From the NCBI GenBank assembly GCA_015484845.1, contig WFUT01000074.1, positions 19,388 to 83,387 of the forward strand: DNA of 64,000 nucleotides, written 5' to 3'. The translations under genes were made by a program, and so were the position numbers. The notes beneath the pieces are model-generated. The model did not search any database. It had not been told where the DNA came from and was given only the letters and a program-made list of their open reading frames with translations. The DNA is from Desulfobulbaceae bacterium. Its GTDB lineage: Bacteria > Desulfobacterota > Desulfobulbia > Desulfobulbales > Desulfobulbaceae. Positions 27,184 to 37,225 of the stretch are shown here, piece after piece (position 1 is the stretch's first letter; every line of letters starts with the position of its first letter).

Positions 27184-28785
27184 ATGGCCAGGACCATAGA
27201 GCTGTATGACACAACCCTGCGCGACGGAACCCAGGCAGAGAATTTCAACCTGTCGGTGGCGGACAAGATCCGGGTGACCAGGCAGCTCGACAGGCTGGGC
27301 ATCGACTTCATCGAGGGCGGCTGGCCCGGTTCCAACCCGCTGGCCGTGGAGTATTTCGAGCGGATGAAGGAGATTGAGCTCAAACACGCCAAACTGACCG
27401 CCTTCGGCTCCACCCGGCATTTCCAGAACCCGCCGGAAAAGGACCCCAACCTGCAGGCCCTGCTGCAGGCCGACACCCCGGCCATCACCATCTTCGGCAA
27501 GTCGTGGGACATCCATGTCCACGATGCCCTGCGCATCGAGCTCGAGGACAACCTGCAGATCATCGAGGACTCGCTGGCCTACCTGCGGCCGCAGGTCCGG
27601 CACCTGATCTATGATGCCGAGCATTTCTTTGACGGCTTCAAGAACAACCGGGAATACTGCCTGGCCACCCTGGGCCGGGCCGTGGCCGGCGGCGCCGAGA
27701 CCCTGGTCCTGTGCGACACCAACGGCGGCACCCTGCCGCACGAGATCCCGCCCATCATCGAGCGGGTCCAGCAGTACCTGCAGGAGCTGGGTGCGGACGT
27801 CAGGCTGGGTATCCATTCCCACAACGACTCGGAGACCGCGGTGGCCAACTCGCTCCTGGCCGTGTCCCTGGGCGTGGACCAGGTCCAGGGGACCATCAAC
27901 GGCTACGGCGAGCGGTGCGGCAACGGCAACCTGACCTCGGTGATCCCGGCCCTGGTCTTCAAGATGGGGCTCGAGTGCGAGGTGGGCAAGAACATCGACC
28001 AGCTCTACTCCACCTCGCGCCTGGTGGATGAACTGGCCAACCTGCCGCACAACCGCTACCAGCCCTACGTGGGCGAGTCGGCCTTTGCCCACAAGGGCGG
28101 CATTCATGTCAGCGCCGTGGAGCGCAACCCGCTCACCTACGAGCATATCGAACCGGAGAAGGTGGGAAATATCCGGCGCATCCTGATCTCTGACCAGGCC
28201 GGCCGCTCCAATGTCCTGCACAAGGCGAGAAAGTACGGCCTGACCATTGATGCCAACGATCCGCTCATGGATTCCATCATCAGCGAGCTCAAGGAGCTGG
28301 AGAACCAGGGCTACCAGTACGAGGCGGCCGAGGCGAGCTTCGAGCTGCTCATGCGGCGGGCCCTGGGACTGCAGCGCAAGTTCTTCAAGCTCGAAGGCTT
28401 CCGGGTCATGAACCACAAGTACCGCATGGACAAGACCCCCTTTACCGAGGCCACCATCCGTCTTTCCGTGGGGGGCAAGGAGGTGCACACCGCCTCCATG
28501 GGCGACGGCCCGGTCAACGCCCTGGACCGTGCCCTGCGCAAGGCACTGACCCGGTTTTATCCCAGCCTGGAGGAGATGGAGCTCATCGACTACAAGGTGC
28601 GGGTCCTCTCGGGCGAGTATGGAACCGGCGCCAAGGTGCGGGTCCTGGTGGAGAGCAAGGACGGCAAGTGCCACTGGGGCACGGTGGGGGTCTCGGTCAA
28701 TATCATCGAGGCGAGCTGGCAGGCCCTGGTGGACAGTGTCAACTACAAGCTGATGAAGGACGAGCAGGCAAAGAGTGTCGCATGA
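27184..28785 (+). CDS. cimA: Citramalate synthase (LeuA/CimA family)
   Basis: YDTTLRDGTQ, IEGGWPGSNP, YDAEHFFDG, CDTNGG, HSHND, GYGERCGN and FAHKGGIH. Start ATG 27184. Confidence 0.92.
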   Translation: MARTIELYDTTLRDGTQAENFNLSVADKIRVTRQLDRLGIDFIEGGWPGSNPLAVEYFERMKEIELKHAKLTAFGSTRHFQNPPEKDPNLQALLQADTPAITIFGKSWDIHVHDALRIELEDNLQIIEDSLAYLRPQVRHLIYDAEHFFDGFKNNREYCLATLGRAVAGGAETLVLCDTNGGTLPHEIPPIIERVQQYLQELGADVRLGIHSHNDSETAVANSLLAVSLGVDQVQGTINGYGERCGNGNLTSVIPALVFKMGLECEVGKNIDQLYSTSRLVDELANLPHNRYQPYVGESAFAHKGGIHVSAVERNPLTYEHIEPEKVGNIRRILISDQAGRSNVLHKARKYGLTIDANDPLMDSIISELKELENQGYQYEAAEASFELLMRRALGLQRKFFKLEGFRVMNHKYRMDKTPFTEATIRLSVGGKEVHTASMGDGPVNALDRALRKALTRFYPSLEEMELIDYKVRVLSGEYGTGAKVRVLVESKDGKCHWGTVGVSVNIIEASWQALVDSVNYKLMKDEQAKSVA

Positions 28786-28792
28786 TACAGGT

Positions 28793-29233
28793 ATGACGAC
28801 GGAGAGTTACGGGCCGCGAGGGCCGTTGTCCCCGGACCCGCGCGTGGCCGTGCTCCTCCTCCTGGCCATGGCGCTGGTCTTCCTGCCGCTCACCGGCGGC
28901 AACACCGGTTCGGCGCCGGCGCCGCTCTTCGGCCTGGATAGGGACGGCATGGTCCGGAGGCTGCCTGCCCGGGGAGCGGCCGCGGCAGGGCAGGGGATCC
29001 CGGACACCCTGCCGCCGGCAGTGGCCCTGTTCTTCAACCGTCCCTTCCGCATCAACCAGGCCGGCCGCGCCACCCTGACCATGCTGCCGGGCATCGGGCC
29101 GCACCTGGCGGATCGGATCCTTTCCTTTCGTGCCAGCCATGGGCCGATCACCTCTTCGGCCGACCTCCTGCGGATCAGGGGCATCGGCCCGGACCGGGTC
29201 GCCCGTCTTGCACCGCTTCTCTCGTACAGGTAA
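28793..29233 (+). CDS. comEA: ComEA-family helix-hairpin-helix DNA-binding protein
   Basis: N-terminal TM, then INQAGRATLTMLPGIGPHLADRI...DLLRIRGIGP. Start uncertain (28775 GTG or 28793 ATG). Confidence 0.8.
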   Translation: MTTESYGPRGPLSPDPRVAVLLLLAMALVFLPLTGGNTGSAPAPLFGLDRDGMVRRLPARGAAAAGQGIPDTLPPAVALFFNRPFRINQAGRATLTMLPGIGPHLADRILSFRASHGPITSSADLLRIRGIGPDRVARLAPLLSYR

Positions 29234-29238
29234 CTCCC

Positions 29239-30195
29239 ATGTCCGGGCCAGAGATCACCGGGCCGGTGCTTGTCCTGGTCGGTCCAACGGCCATCGGCAA
29301 GACCGCCCTGTCGCTTGAGATCGCCGACAGGTTCGGCTGCGAGATCATTTCGGTGGACTCCATGCAGGTCTACCGGTACATGGATATCGGCACAGCCAAG
29401 CCCGGGGCCGACGAACTGGCCCGGGTCCGTCACCATCTCATCGACATTGTCCTGCCGGATGAACAGTACAACGCGGCCCGCTTTGTCACCGATGCCCTGG
29501 CCGCCATGGACGACATCTTCAGCCGCGGCCGCATCCCCCTGCTCACCGGCGGCACCGGTCTCTACCTGAGCGCCCTGACCCGGGGCCTGTTCGAGACCGT
29601 ACCCATCAGTGCCCATGTGCGCAACCACGTCCGACAGCGGCTTGACCGGGAGGGCAGGGAGGCACTGTTTGCGGAACTGGCCCGGGTCGACCCCGTCACT
29701 GCCGACAGAATCCATGTCAACGACACCCAGCGGCTGCTGCGTGCCCTGGAGATCTACCATGCCACCGGCCGTCCCTGGTCGGTTCATCTCGAGCAGCAGC
29801 GACAGGCGCAGAGAGGGGCCTGTTTTGCCAGCATCTTCCAGGTCTGCCTGACCTGCAACCGCGACCGGCTCTACCGCCGTATCGAGCAACGCGCCGGTCT
29901 CATGCTGGAGCGCGGCCTGGTGGAGGAGGTGGAACACCTCCTTGCCATGGGCTTTTCTGCCGAACTTCCCTCCATGCAGTCCATCGGGTACCGGCACGTG
30001 AACCGCTACCTGGCCGGCGAATGGAGCCTGGAGCAGAGCCGCGAAAACCTGGTCCGCGACACCAGGCGTTATGCCAAGCGGCAACTGACGTGGTTCCGGA
30101 AAAATCCTGACCTGCTCTGGCTGGAACAGGGGGAGGGGGAGAAGATCATTGACCAGGTTGGTAAGTTCATAACAAGCCAAAAATCAAGAACCTGA
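29239..30195 (+). CDS. miaA: tRNA dimethylallyltransferase
   Basis: GPTAIGKT, ISVDSMQVYRYMDIGTAKP, GGTGLY and TRRYAKRQLTWFR. Confidence 0.97.
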   Translation: MSGPEITGPVLVLVGPTAIGKTALSLEIADRFGCEIISVDSMQVYRYMDIGTAKPGADELARVRHHLIDIVLPDEQYNAARFVTDALAAMDDIFSRGRIPLLTGGTGLYLSALTRGLFETVPISAHVRNHVRQRLDREGREALFAELARVDPVTADRIHVNDTQRLLRALEIYHATGRPWSVHLEQQRQAQRGACFASIFQVCLTCNRDRLYRRIEQRAGLMLERGLVEEVEHLLAMGFSAELPSMQSIGYRHVNRYLAGEWSLEQSRENLVRDTRRYAKRQLTWFRKNPDLLWLEQGEGEKIIDQVGKFITSQKSRT

Positions 30196-30272
30196 AAATT
30201 ACAGTTCATGTACGACATGAAACTGTGCAGCGAGCACCACACACCATGTTGTTCGCCTTCTGAGCAAGAGCC

Positions 30273-32009
30273 GTGGATTACATCTTCCGAACACCGCCCG
30301 GAACCGTGGACAGGGAGGCCTGTGCCCGGCTCGCCAGCGAACTGGACATCCCCCTGCTCGTGGCCAGGCTCCTCTGCCAGCGTGGCATGACCAGCCCCCG
30401 GGAAGCAAGGGACTTTCTCTATCCCAGGCTGGGCGACCTGCCATCTCCCCTGGCGATGAAGGGAATGGCCGAGGCCGTGGACCTGGTCCTGCACCACTAC
30501 AAGCGGGAAAGCCCGGTCCTGGTCCATGGCGACTATGACGTGGACGGGATCAGCGCCACTGTACTGCTCACCACCTTTCTCAGGCGGCTTGGCCTGGAGG
30601 TGAGCTACCACCTGCCCAACCGGCTGCGGGAAGGGTACGGCATCAACGGGGCATCCCTGCGTGAACTTGCCGCCCGCATGGGCGGGCCGGCCCTCCTGAT
30701 CACTGTTGACTGCGGCATATCGGCCGTGGAGGAGACCGTACTGGCCCGGGAGCTGGGCTTTGACGTCATCATCACCGATCACCACGAGCCGCCGCCGGTC
30801 CTGCCGGCGGCCCAGGCCATCCTCAATCCGAAACAGCAGGACTGCACCTTTCCCTTTGCCGGTCTCTCCGGGGCCGGCGTCGCCTTTTTCCTGGTCATGG
30901 CCATTCGCAGCCGCCTGGTCGCCGAAGGGGTGTGGAGCCGGGAAAGCTCTCCAAATCTCAAGGAATATCTCGATCTCGTCGCCCTGGGTACCGTGGCGGA
31001 CGTCATGCCCCTGGCCGAGGTCAACCGGATCCTGGTCCGGGCCGGCCTGGAGGTGCTGACGGCCAGGAAACGGCCGGGAATCTGGGCCCTGTGCGAGCGG
31101 ATCGGCCTGGGCAGCGGCAGGATAACGGCCGAGGATATCTCCTATCGCCTGGCGCCACGCCTGAACGCGGCCGGCCGCCTGGGCAGGCCGGAGATAGCGG
31201 CCAGCCTCCTGCTCTGCCCGGAGGTGGACCAGGCCCTGACCCTGGCCGACCGTCTGGAGGAGGCCAACAATGAGCGCCGGCGGCTCGAGGCCGAGGTCAT
31301 CACCGAGGCCTTTGCTGACTGCGAGACCCTGGTCGACGCGGGATACCAGTCGCTTGTTATATACGGAAAACAATGGCATCCCGGTGTGATAGGAATAGTT
31401 GCCTCAAGGGTTGCCGCAAGGTTCCAGAGGCCGGCCATCGTGTTCACGGACGACACTGATCCGGCCCCGGACCGGCTGAAGGGTTCGGGCCGGTCCATCG
31501 AGGGACTCAACCTCTACGAGGCCCTCAAGCAGTGCACAGACCTGATCGAGCAGTACGGCGGGCACGCCATGGCGGTCGGGCTTACCATCCGGCGGCAGAA
31601 CCTGGAGAACTTCAGGGGAGTGCTTGACTCCGCGGTCAGGGCCAACGGCATCCTGGAGCGGACAAGGCACATGGTCATTGATCTCTGCCTGGCCGGTGAC
31701 AGCTCCGAGATATTCAGCCGCCGCTTCATTGCTGCCTACCAGAACCTGGAGCCGTTTGGCGAAGGAAACCCGGAGCCGGTCTTCCTGGCCCAGGGACAGC
31801 GCCTGGACAATATCAGCCTGGTCAGGGAGCATCTGAAGTTCACGGTCCGGGTCAACCAGGGCACCATCCGCGGCATTGGTTTTGGCCTGGGCGGTCGCAT
31901 CGACGTGGCTGCCGGTCCGGTCAATCTCTTTTTCAAGTTGAAAAATTCCAGCTACAGGGGACGGGAGTTCCTGGAGGTCCATGCGGTCAACATCAGCACA
32001 ACAGGCTGA
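30273..32009 (+). CDS. recJ: ssDNA-specific exonuclease RecJ
   Basis: HGDYDVDG, ITVDCG, TDHH, LGTVADV, PRLNAAGR, KGSGRS, GGHAMAVG and LEPFGEGNPEP. Confidence 0.96.
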   Translation: MDYIFRTPPGTVDREACARLASELDIPLLVARLLCQRGMTSPREARDFLYPRLGDLPSPLAMKGMAEAVDLVLHHYKRESPVLVHGDYDVDGISATVLLTTFLRRLGLEVSYHLPNRLREGYGINGASLRELAARMGGPALLITVDCGISAVEETVLARELGFDVIITDHHEPPPVLPAAQAILNPKQQDCTFPFAGLSGAGVAFFLVMAIRSRLVAEGVWSRESSPNLKEYLDLVALGTVADVMPLAEVNRILVRAGLEVLTARKRPGIWALCERIGLGSGRITAEDISYRLAPRLNAAGRLGRPEIAASLLLCPEVDQALTLADRLEEANNERRRLEAEVITEAFADCETLVDAGYQSLVIYGKQWHPGVIGIVASRVAARFQRPAIVFTDDTDPAPDRLKGSGRSIEGLNLYEALKQCTDLIEQYGGHAMAVGLTIRRQNLENFRGVLDSAVRANGILERTRHMVIDLCLAGDSSEIFSRRFIAAYQNLEPFGEGNPEPVFLAQGQRLDNISLVREHLKFTVRVNQGTIRGIGFGLGGRIDVAAGPVNLFFKLKNSSYRGREFLEVHAVNISTTG

Positions 32010-32010
32010 T

Positions 32011-32340
32011 TTAACAGGATGTATAAAAATTTAACATAATATATATTATGCGACATAGTGGATGGCAGCCAGGGTATGCCCATGAAGCCAACATTTTTCC
32101 GGCTGGACTTTTTCAGCGCCTTCCTGTCTAATACGAGGTTCAGTTGTGACGCCGGAAATCCTTGCTCCGAGGTCGCGGCGGCGCCCTGTTCTCCCGGCAG
32201 GACCGGTTGGACGGTGGCCACGCAGGAGCGGCATGTCCCTGGCAAAATCCTGTTTGCCAGGGGCTGCCCGGCAGGAGGTGAAACGCGCCGGCAGGCCCCT
32301 GGCCGTTTGGTGGGAACGTTTTCTTTTAACATCCTGTTAA
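32011..32340. mobile_element. Putative MITE/IS remnant with 12-bp terminal inverted repeats
   Basis: TTAACAGGATGT at 32011-32022 and its exact reverse complement at 32329-32340; no coding capacity; begins 1 nt after the recJ stop. Confidence 0.45.
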
Positions 32341-32394
32341 CATCATTATTTCAAAAAGATACCTGTTCAACCTAAAGAAAATATAGAGGTGGTC

Positions 32395-33837
32395 ATGAAC
32401 CGTGACGTGTACCAGGATCCCCTGGTTTCCCGTTATACCAGTCGCGAGATGCAGGAGCTCTTTTCCGAGCGTTTCAAGTTTACCCACTGGCGGCGCTGCT
32501 GGGTTGCCCTGGCAGAGGCCCAGCATGAGCTCGGCCTGGAGCTGGTCACCAGGGAGATGGTCGAGGAACTGCGCCGGCACGTGGATGACATTGACTTTGA
32601 ACTGGCCGCGGCCAAGGAAAAAGAGATCCGGCACGATGTCATGGCCCATGTCTATGCCTATGGCAAACAGTGTCCTAAGGCCGAGGCCATCATCCATCTT
32701 GGCGCCACTTCCCAGTTCGTGGTCTGCAACACCGACCTGGTCATCCAGAAGAAAGGATTGGCCCTGATCAAGGCGGCACTGGTGAACGTGATTGCCAATC
32801 TTTCGGAGTTTTCCAGGAAATACAAGGGGATGGCAACGCTTGGCTATACCCACTACCAGCCGGCCCAGCCCACCACGGTGGGCAAGCGTGCCACCCTCTA
32901 CATCCAGGACCTGCTCATGGACCTGGAGTATCTTGAAGAGCTGGAAGGGCAGATCAAGGCGCGCGGTGCCAAGGGGACCGTGGGCACCCAGGCAACCTTT
33001 CTCGAGCTCTTTGGCGGTGACCACGAAAAGGTGCGACAACTCGACCGGCTGGTTGCCGAGAAGCTGGGATTTGACAAGGTCTTCCCTGTCACCGGCCAGA
33101 CCTATCCCAGGAAGCTGGACATGAAGACCGCCGAGACCCTGGCCGGTATCGGCGCCTCGGCGCACAAGTTTGCCGTGGACATGCGCCTGCTCTCCAATCT
33201 CAAGGTCCAGGAAGAACCCTTTGCCAGCAAACAGGTGGGCAGCTCGGCCATGGCCTACAAGCGCAATCCCATGCGCTCGGAACGGATGACCGGCCTGGCG
33301 AGAAAACTGATGGGCCTGCCGGCCGACTTTGCCGCCACGGCCGCCAACCAGTGGTTCGAGCGGACCCTGGACGACTCGGCCATCCGGCGGATGGACATCG
33401 CCCAGGCCTTTCTCCTTGCCGATGCCATCCTGAAGCTGTACGTGAACATTACAGCCAACATGGTTGTTTATCCGAAACAAATAGAAAAATACCTGCGCGC
33501 GGAACTGCCCTTCATGGCCACGGAAAAGATCCTCATGGCCTGCGTGGAACGGGGCAAGAGCCGGCAGGAGATGCACGAGGTGATCCGGGAGCACTCCGTG
33601 GCCGCCGGCCTGGCGGTCAAGGAACAGGGGCAAGATAATGACCTGCTGCAGCGGCTGGCCGATGATCCCCGTATCCCCTTTGCCCTGGATGAGCTCAATG
33701 GTCTGCTTGGCAATTACCGGGAGTTCACCGGCAGGGCCGAACAGCAGACCGACGAGTTTCTTGACGAGGTGGTGCAACCGGTCCTGGAGAAATACAGGGA
33801 CCTGGTCGGCTCCGTGGATGCAACCCTCAAGGTCTGA
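32395..33837 (+). CDS. purB: Adenylosuccinate lyase
   Basis: RHDVMAH, IHLGATS, LGYTHYQPAQ, GSSAMAYKRNPMRSE and WFERTLDDSA. ATG 32395 preferred over GTG 32389. Confidence 0.96.
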   Translation: MNRDVYQDPLVSRYTSREMQELFSERFKFTHWRRCWVALAEAQHELGLELVTREMVEELRRHVDDIDFELAAAKEKEIRHDVMAHVYAYGKQCPKAEAIIHLGATSQFVVCNTDLVIQKKGLALIKAALVNVIANLSEFSRKYKGMATLGYTHYQPAQPTTVGKRATLYIQDLLMDLEYLEELEGQIKARGAKGTVGTQATFLELFGGDHEKVRQLDRLVAEKLGFDKVFPVTGQTYPRKLDMKTAETLAGIGASAHKFAVDMRLLSNLKVQEEPFASKQVGSSAMAYKRNPMRSERMTGLARKLMGLPADFAATAANQWFERTLDDSAIRRMDIAQAFLLADAILKLYVNITANMVVYPKQIEKYLRAELPFMATEKILMACVERGKSRQEMHEVIREHSVAAGLAVKEQGQDNDLLQRLADDPRIPFALDELNGLLGNYREFTGRAEQQTDEFLDEVVQPVLEKYRDLVGSVDATLKV

Positions 33838-33871
33838 CCCGGGCGATGCCGGTGGCGGTCCGGCCGATGCC

Positions 33872-34066
33872 TTGCAGCGGCTCTATCTTCGCATCCGGTG
33901 CGAAGAGATAGCCTACCTGAGATTCATCCTCGAAGGATACGACGGCCTGGCGGTTCTCTCGACCATGGATGCGGACAGCGGCCTTGTCCGCCTGCTCTAC
34001 CCGGCCTCGCGGGGCCGGGAGCTTTTCAGCCTGCTTGGCGAGCTGGCCCCGGGATTGACACCATAA
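33872..34066 (+). CDS. DUF4911-family small protein
   Basis: LRIRCEEIAYLRFILEGYDGLAVLSTMD...VRLLYP. The only plausible start is TTG 33872. Confidence 0.65.
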   Translation: MQRLYLRIRCEEIAYLRFILEGYDGLAVLSTMDADSGLVRLLYPASRGRELFSLLGELAPGLTP

Positions 34067-34129
34067 CACAGGGGCCAGTTGGCAGTTTGCAGTTACTGAC
34101 TACAAACTGACAACGAGAGCATCACGTAC

Positions 34130-34357
34130 ATGGGCGCAGAGCGCCTGGTGAGGTGTTGCACCGCAGAGCGGTGCAACAAGAGCAACCACCCTCCAGGTTC
34201 TCTCCTGAACTCCGGGCGCTACCTCAATCTCGTGACACCGCTCCGGGCGCCACCTCAACCTCGTGACACCGCTCTGCGGTGTCACGTCGGTTGTGCCCGC
34301 TCCGCGGGCATGGATGATTATGTGCCAAGTTGCCCTTGTCGCACCGCTCTGCGCCAT
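34130..34357. repeat. Cluster of REP-like palindromes, including a 31-bp tandem duplication
   Basis: Perfect 11-bp hairpins at 34154-34178 (loop AGA) and 34262-34286 (loop TCT) in opposite orientation, degenerate copies at 34130-34152 and 34335-34357, and direct repeat 34210-34240/34241-34271 (29 of 31 identical). Confidence 0.75.
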
Positions 34358-34384
34358 TTTAAAAACTGACCTGGTATTGATTCC

Positions 34385-35770
34385 ATGGCAAAACACGTCT
34401 ACATCAAGACCTTTGGCTGCCAGATGAACGAGCGCGACTCGGAGATCATCGAGCAGTTGCTTGCCGAGTCCGGCTACATCGGTGTTGATGATCCCGGCTC
34501 TGCCGATCTCATCCTGCTCAACACGTGCAGCATCCGGGCCAAGGCCGAGCAAAAGGTCTACAGCATGCTGGGCCAGCTCAGGGACGAAAAGATTGCCCGG
34601 CCCGGCCTTCGGATCGGTGTTGCCGGCTGTGTCGCCCAGCAGGAGGGAGAAGAGATCTTCCGGCGCATGCGCCATGTCGATATCGTTGTCGGCACCCAGC
34701 AGATCTACCGGTTGCCCGAGATGCTGGCCCGCCTGGAAAGCGGCGAATCCGGCCGGGAGCTGGCCGTGGACATGCACAACGATTTTGCCATCCCGCCCTT
34801 CCAGAAACTCCTGCACGGCACCGGTGCAGCGCCCTCCCCTGCTGGTGGTGAATATAAAAAATTTGTCACCATCATGCAGGGATGTAACAACTACTGCAGC
34901 TACTGTGTCGTGCCGTCAACCAGGGGGCGCGAGGTCAGCCGGCCCGTGGCCGATATCCTGGAAGAGGTGCGCCTGCTGGTGGGACAGGGGGTGCGCGAGA
35001 TCACCCTGCTGGGCCAGAATGTCAACTCCTATGGCCGCACCAACCCGGTGGCTGCCGGGCCGGTCACCTTTGCCGACCTCCTGCGACAGGTCGCCGCCAT
35101 CCCGGGTGTGGAGCGGCTGCGTTTCACCACCTCCAATCCCAGGGATCTCTCCGAAGAGCTGATGCGCTGTTTTGCCGAGCTCGACAACCTCTGTCCCCAG
35201 CTCCACCTGCCGGTCCAGTCCGGTTCCAACGCCATCCTGGCGCGGATGAACCGCAAGTACACGGTGGAGACCTACCTCGACCGCGTGGCCTCCCTGCGGC
35301 GCTGCCAGCCAGACATCGCCCTCACCACGGATATCATTGTCGGCTTTCCCGGCGAGACAGAACAGGACTTCGAGGCCACCATGGAGCTGCTCCGCACGGT
35401 CCGCTTTCATGGCTCCTTTTCCTTCAAGTACTCGGACAGGCCCAACACCCGCTCTGCCGACTTTGCGGACAAGGTGCCGGAAGAGATCAAGAGCGACAGG
35501 CTGCAGCGGTTCCAGTCCCTGCAGGACGAAATCAGTCTTGAACGAAATACCGGCTATATAGGAAAAATACTTGATGTGATGGTTGAATCATGCAGCGGCC
35601 AGGAGGCCAAGGGCCGTACCACGACCAACCATATTGTCCACTTCCGCTCCAGCCGGCCGCTGCAGCCCGGGGATCTTGTCGCGGTCCGGGTCATCCATGC
35701 GGGCAAGCATTCCCTGCGCGGTGAACCGGCACCCGCTGCCGGACAGGGCAACTGCTCAGGTAAAAGATAA
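34385..35770 (+). CDS. miaB: tRNA-2-methylthio-N6-dimethylallyladenosine synthase
   Basis: TFGCQMNERDSE, NTCSIRAKAE, GCVAQ, GCNNYCSYCVVP, LPVQSGS and C-terminal TRAM domain. Confidence 0.96.
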   Translation: MAKHVYIKTFGCQMNERDSEIIEQLLAESGYIGVDDPGSADLILLNTCSIRAKAEQKVYSMLGQLRDEKIARPGLRIGVAGCVAQQEGEEIFRRMRHVDIVVGTQQIYRLPEMLARLESGESGRELAVDMHNDFAIPPFQKLLHGTGAAPSPAGGEYKKFVTIMQGCNNYCSYCVVPSTRGREVSRPVADILEEVRLLVGQGVREITLLGQNVNSYGRTNPVAAGPVTFADLLRQVAAIPGVERLRFTTSNPRDLSEELMRCFAELDNLCPQLHLPVQSGSNAILARMNRKYTVETYLDRVASLRRCQPDIALTTDIIVGFPGETEQDFEATMELLRTVRFHGSFSFKYSDRPNTRSADFADKVPEEIKSDRLQRFQSLQDEISLERNTGYIGKILDVMVESCSGQEAKGRTTTNHIVHFRSSRPLQPGDLVAVRVIHAGKHSLRGEPAPAAGQGNCSGKR

Positions 35771-35812
35771 AGTTTTCCTGCTAACCATACGAAAACACGA
35801 CCGGAGTCATCA

Positions 35813-36457
35813 ATGATAGATATCCACAGCCATACCTTTTTCAGTGACGGCGCCCTGGTCCCGGCCGAGCACCTGCGGCGGGTGGAGGTCCTGGGCTATA
35901 CCGCCATTGCCATCACCGACCATGCCGATTCCTCGAACCTGGATTTTATCATCCCCCGCATCGTGCGCGCGGCCGAGGACCTGAACCCGGTGAGCCGCAC
36001 GCGTCTCATCCCGGGAATCGAGCTGACCCATGTACCGCCGCCGCTCATCGCTCCCCTGACCAGGAAGGCCAGGGAACTGGGCGCCAGGATCGTGGTCGTG
36101 CATGGCGAGACCCCGGTGGAGCCGGTGGCGCCGGGCACCAACCGTGCCGCGCTCGAGGCCGGGGTCGACCTCCTGGCCCATCCCGGCTTTCTCAGCGAGG
36201 AGGATGCGCGGCTGGCAGCGGAAAAGGGGATCTTTCTCGAGCTGTCCGGCCGCAAGGGCCACAGCCTGACCAACGGCCACGTGGCCCGGCTGGCCGAGAA
36301 GACCGGCGCCCGGCTGGCGGTCAATGCCGATGCCCATGATCCCGGCGATTTCCTGACCCCGGAGATGGCGGAAAAGGTGGGACGCGGCGCAGGCCTGGAC
36401 CAGGAGCGCTACAGGCAGCTCCGCCAGGACATGCTCGAGCTGGTCAACAGTATCTGA
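35813..36457 (+). CDS. PHP-domain protein (histidinol-phosphatase-like)
   Basis: DIHSHTFFSDG, ITDH, GIELTHVPP, VHGET, LAHPG and NADAH metal ligands. Confidence 0.88.
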   Translation: MIDIHSHTFFSDGALVPAEHLRRVEVLGYTAIAITDHADSSNLDFIIPRIVRAAEDLNPVSRTRLIPGIELTHVPPPLIAPLTRKARELGARIVVVHGETPVEPVAPGTNRAALEAGVDLLAHPGFLSEEDARLAAEKGIFLELSGRKGHSLTNGHVARLAEKTGARLAVNADAHDPGDFLTPEMAEKVGRGAGLDQERYRQLRQDMLELVNSI

Positions 36458-37152
36458 TGCATGGCAAGAGACAAATGAGTGCTGCTCTCCTGTACCGCCC
36501 TGCCCTGCTCCTTTCTGCCCTGCTGCTCGCCACGACGGCTGCGGCAGCCGCACCGCTCCCGGCCACTGCGACCGGACAGGCAAAGGCCGTGCTGACGCGG
36601 CAGAAGCCGCAGGAGAACGGGGAAAAGGAAACCGTGCGCATCGGCGGGCAAGAGTTCGAGGTACCGCCCCAGTGGCAGGGGCTCAGGATCGAAGAGAAGC
36701 CGCCGGCGCGGAAGGAACTGGCGGCCGTGCCCAGGAGCCTGGCGAAAAACCACGGCCTGATCTTTCTGCGCCGAGATGCCCGCGACGCCCTGGTGGCCAT
36801 GGCGGCCGAGGCCGGGAAAGAGGGCGTGGCGCTCACGATCGATTCCGGCTATCGCTCCATCCGCTACCAGAAAAAGATCATTGCCCGGCAACTGGCACAG
36901 GGCAAGACCTTTTCCCGGATCACCCGTTTCGTGGCCCCGCCCGGCTATTCCGAGCACCGCACCGGTACGGCCGTGGACTTCACGCCCAGCAACTGGCGCT
37001 TTGCCGCCACCCCCCAGTACCACTGGCTGACAGCGCACGCGGCCAGCTATGGCTTCACCGAGACCTATCCCGAAAACGGCCACCGCCACCCCTGGGAGCC
37101 CTGGCACTGGCGCTACCGGCCCGTCGGCCATCATTCCGCCACGGCCAGGTAA
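36457..37152 (+). CDS. D-alanyl-D-alanine carboxypeptidase, M15B (VanY-like)
   Basis: Signal peptide, SGYRS, APPGYSEHRTGTAVD and EPWHWRY. Confidence 0.9.
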   Translation: MHGKRQMSAALLYRPALLLSALLLATTAAAAAPLPATATGQAKAVLTRQKPQENGEKETVRIGGQEFEVPPQWQGLRIEEKPPARKELAAVPRSLAKNHGLIFLRRDARDALVAMAAEAGKEGVALTIDSGYRSIRYQKKIIARQLAQGKTFSRITRFVAPPGYSEHRTGTAVDFTPSNWRFAATPQYHWLTAHAASYGFTETYPENGHRHPWEPWHWRYRPVGHHSATAR

Positions 37153-37225
37153 CTCTCCATCCCTTCCCCTTGCCATCCTGGTTTCCATGCCTCCAGGGTG
37201 GGGGCAACAGGACAGGTGCACGCGG

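Noticed and set aside
34210-34286. CRISPR array
   Set aside because: Only two abutting 31-bp units with no unique spacers, and no cas genes.
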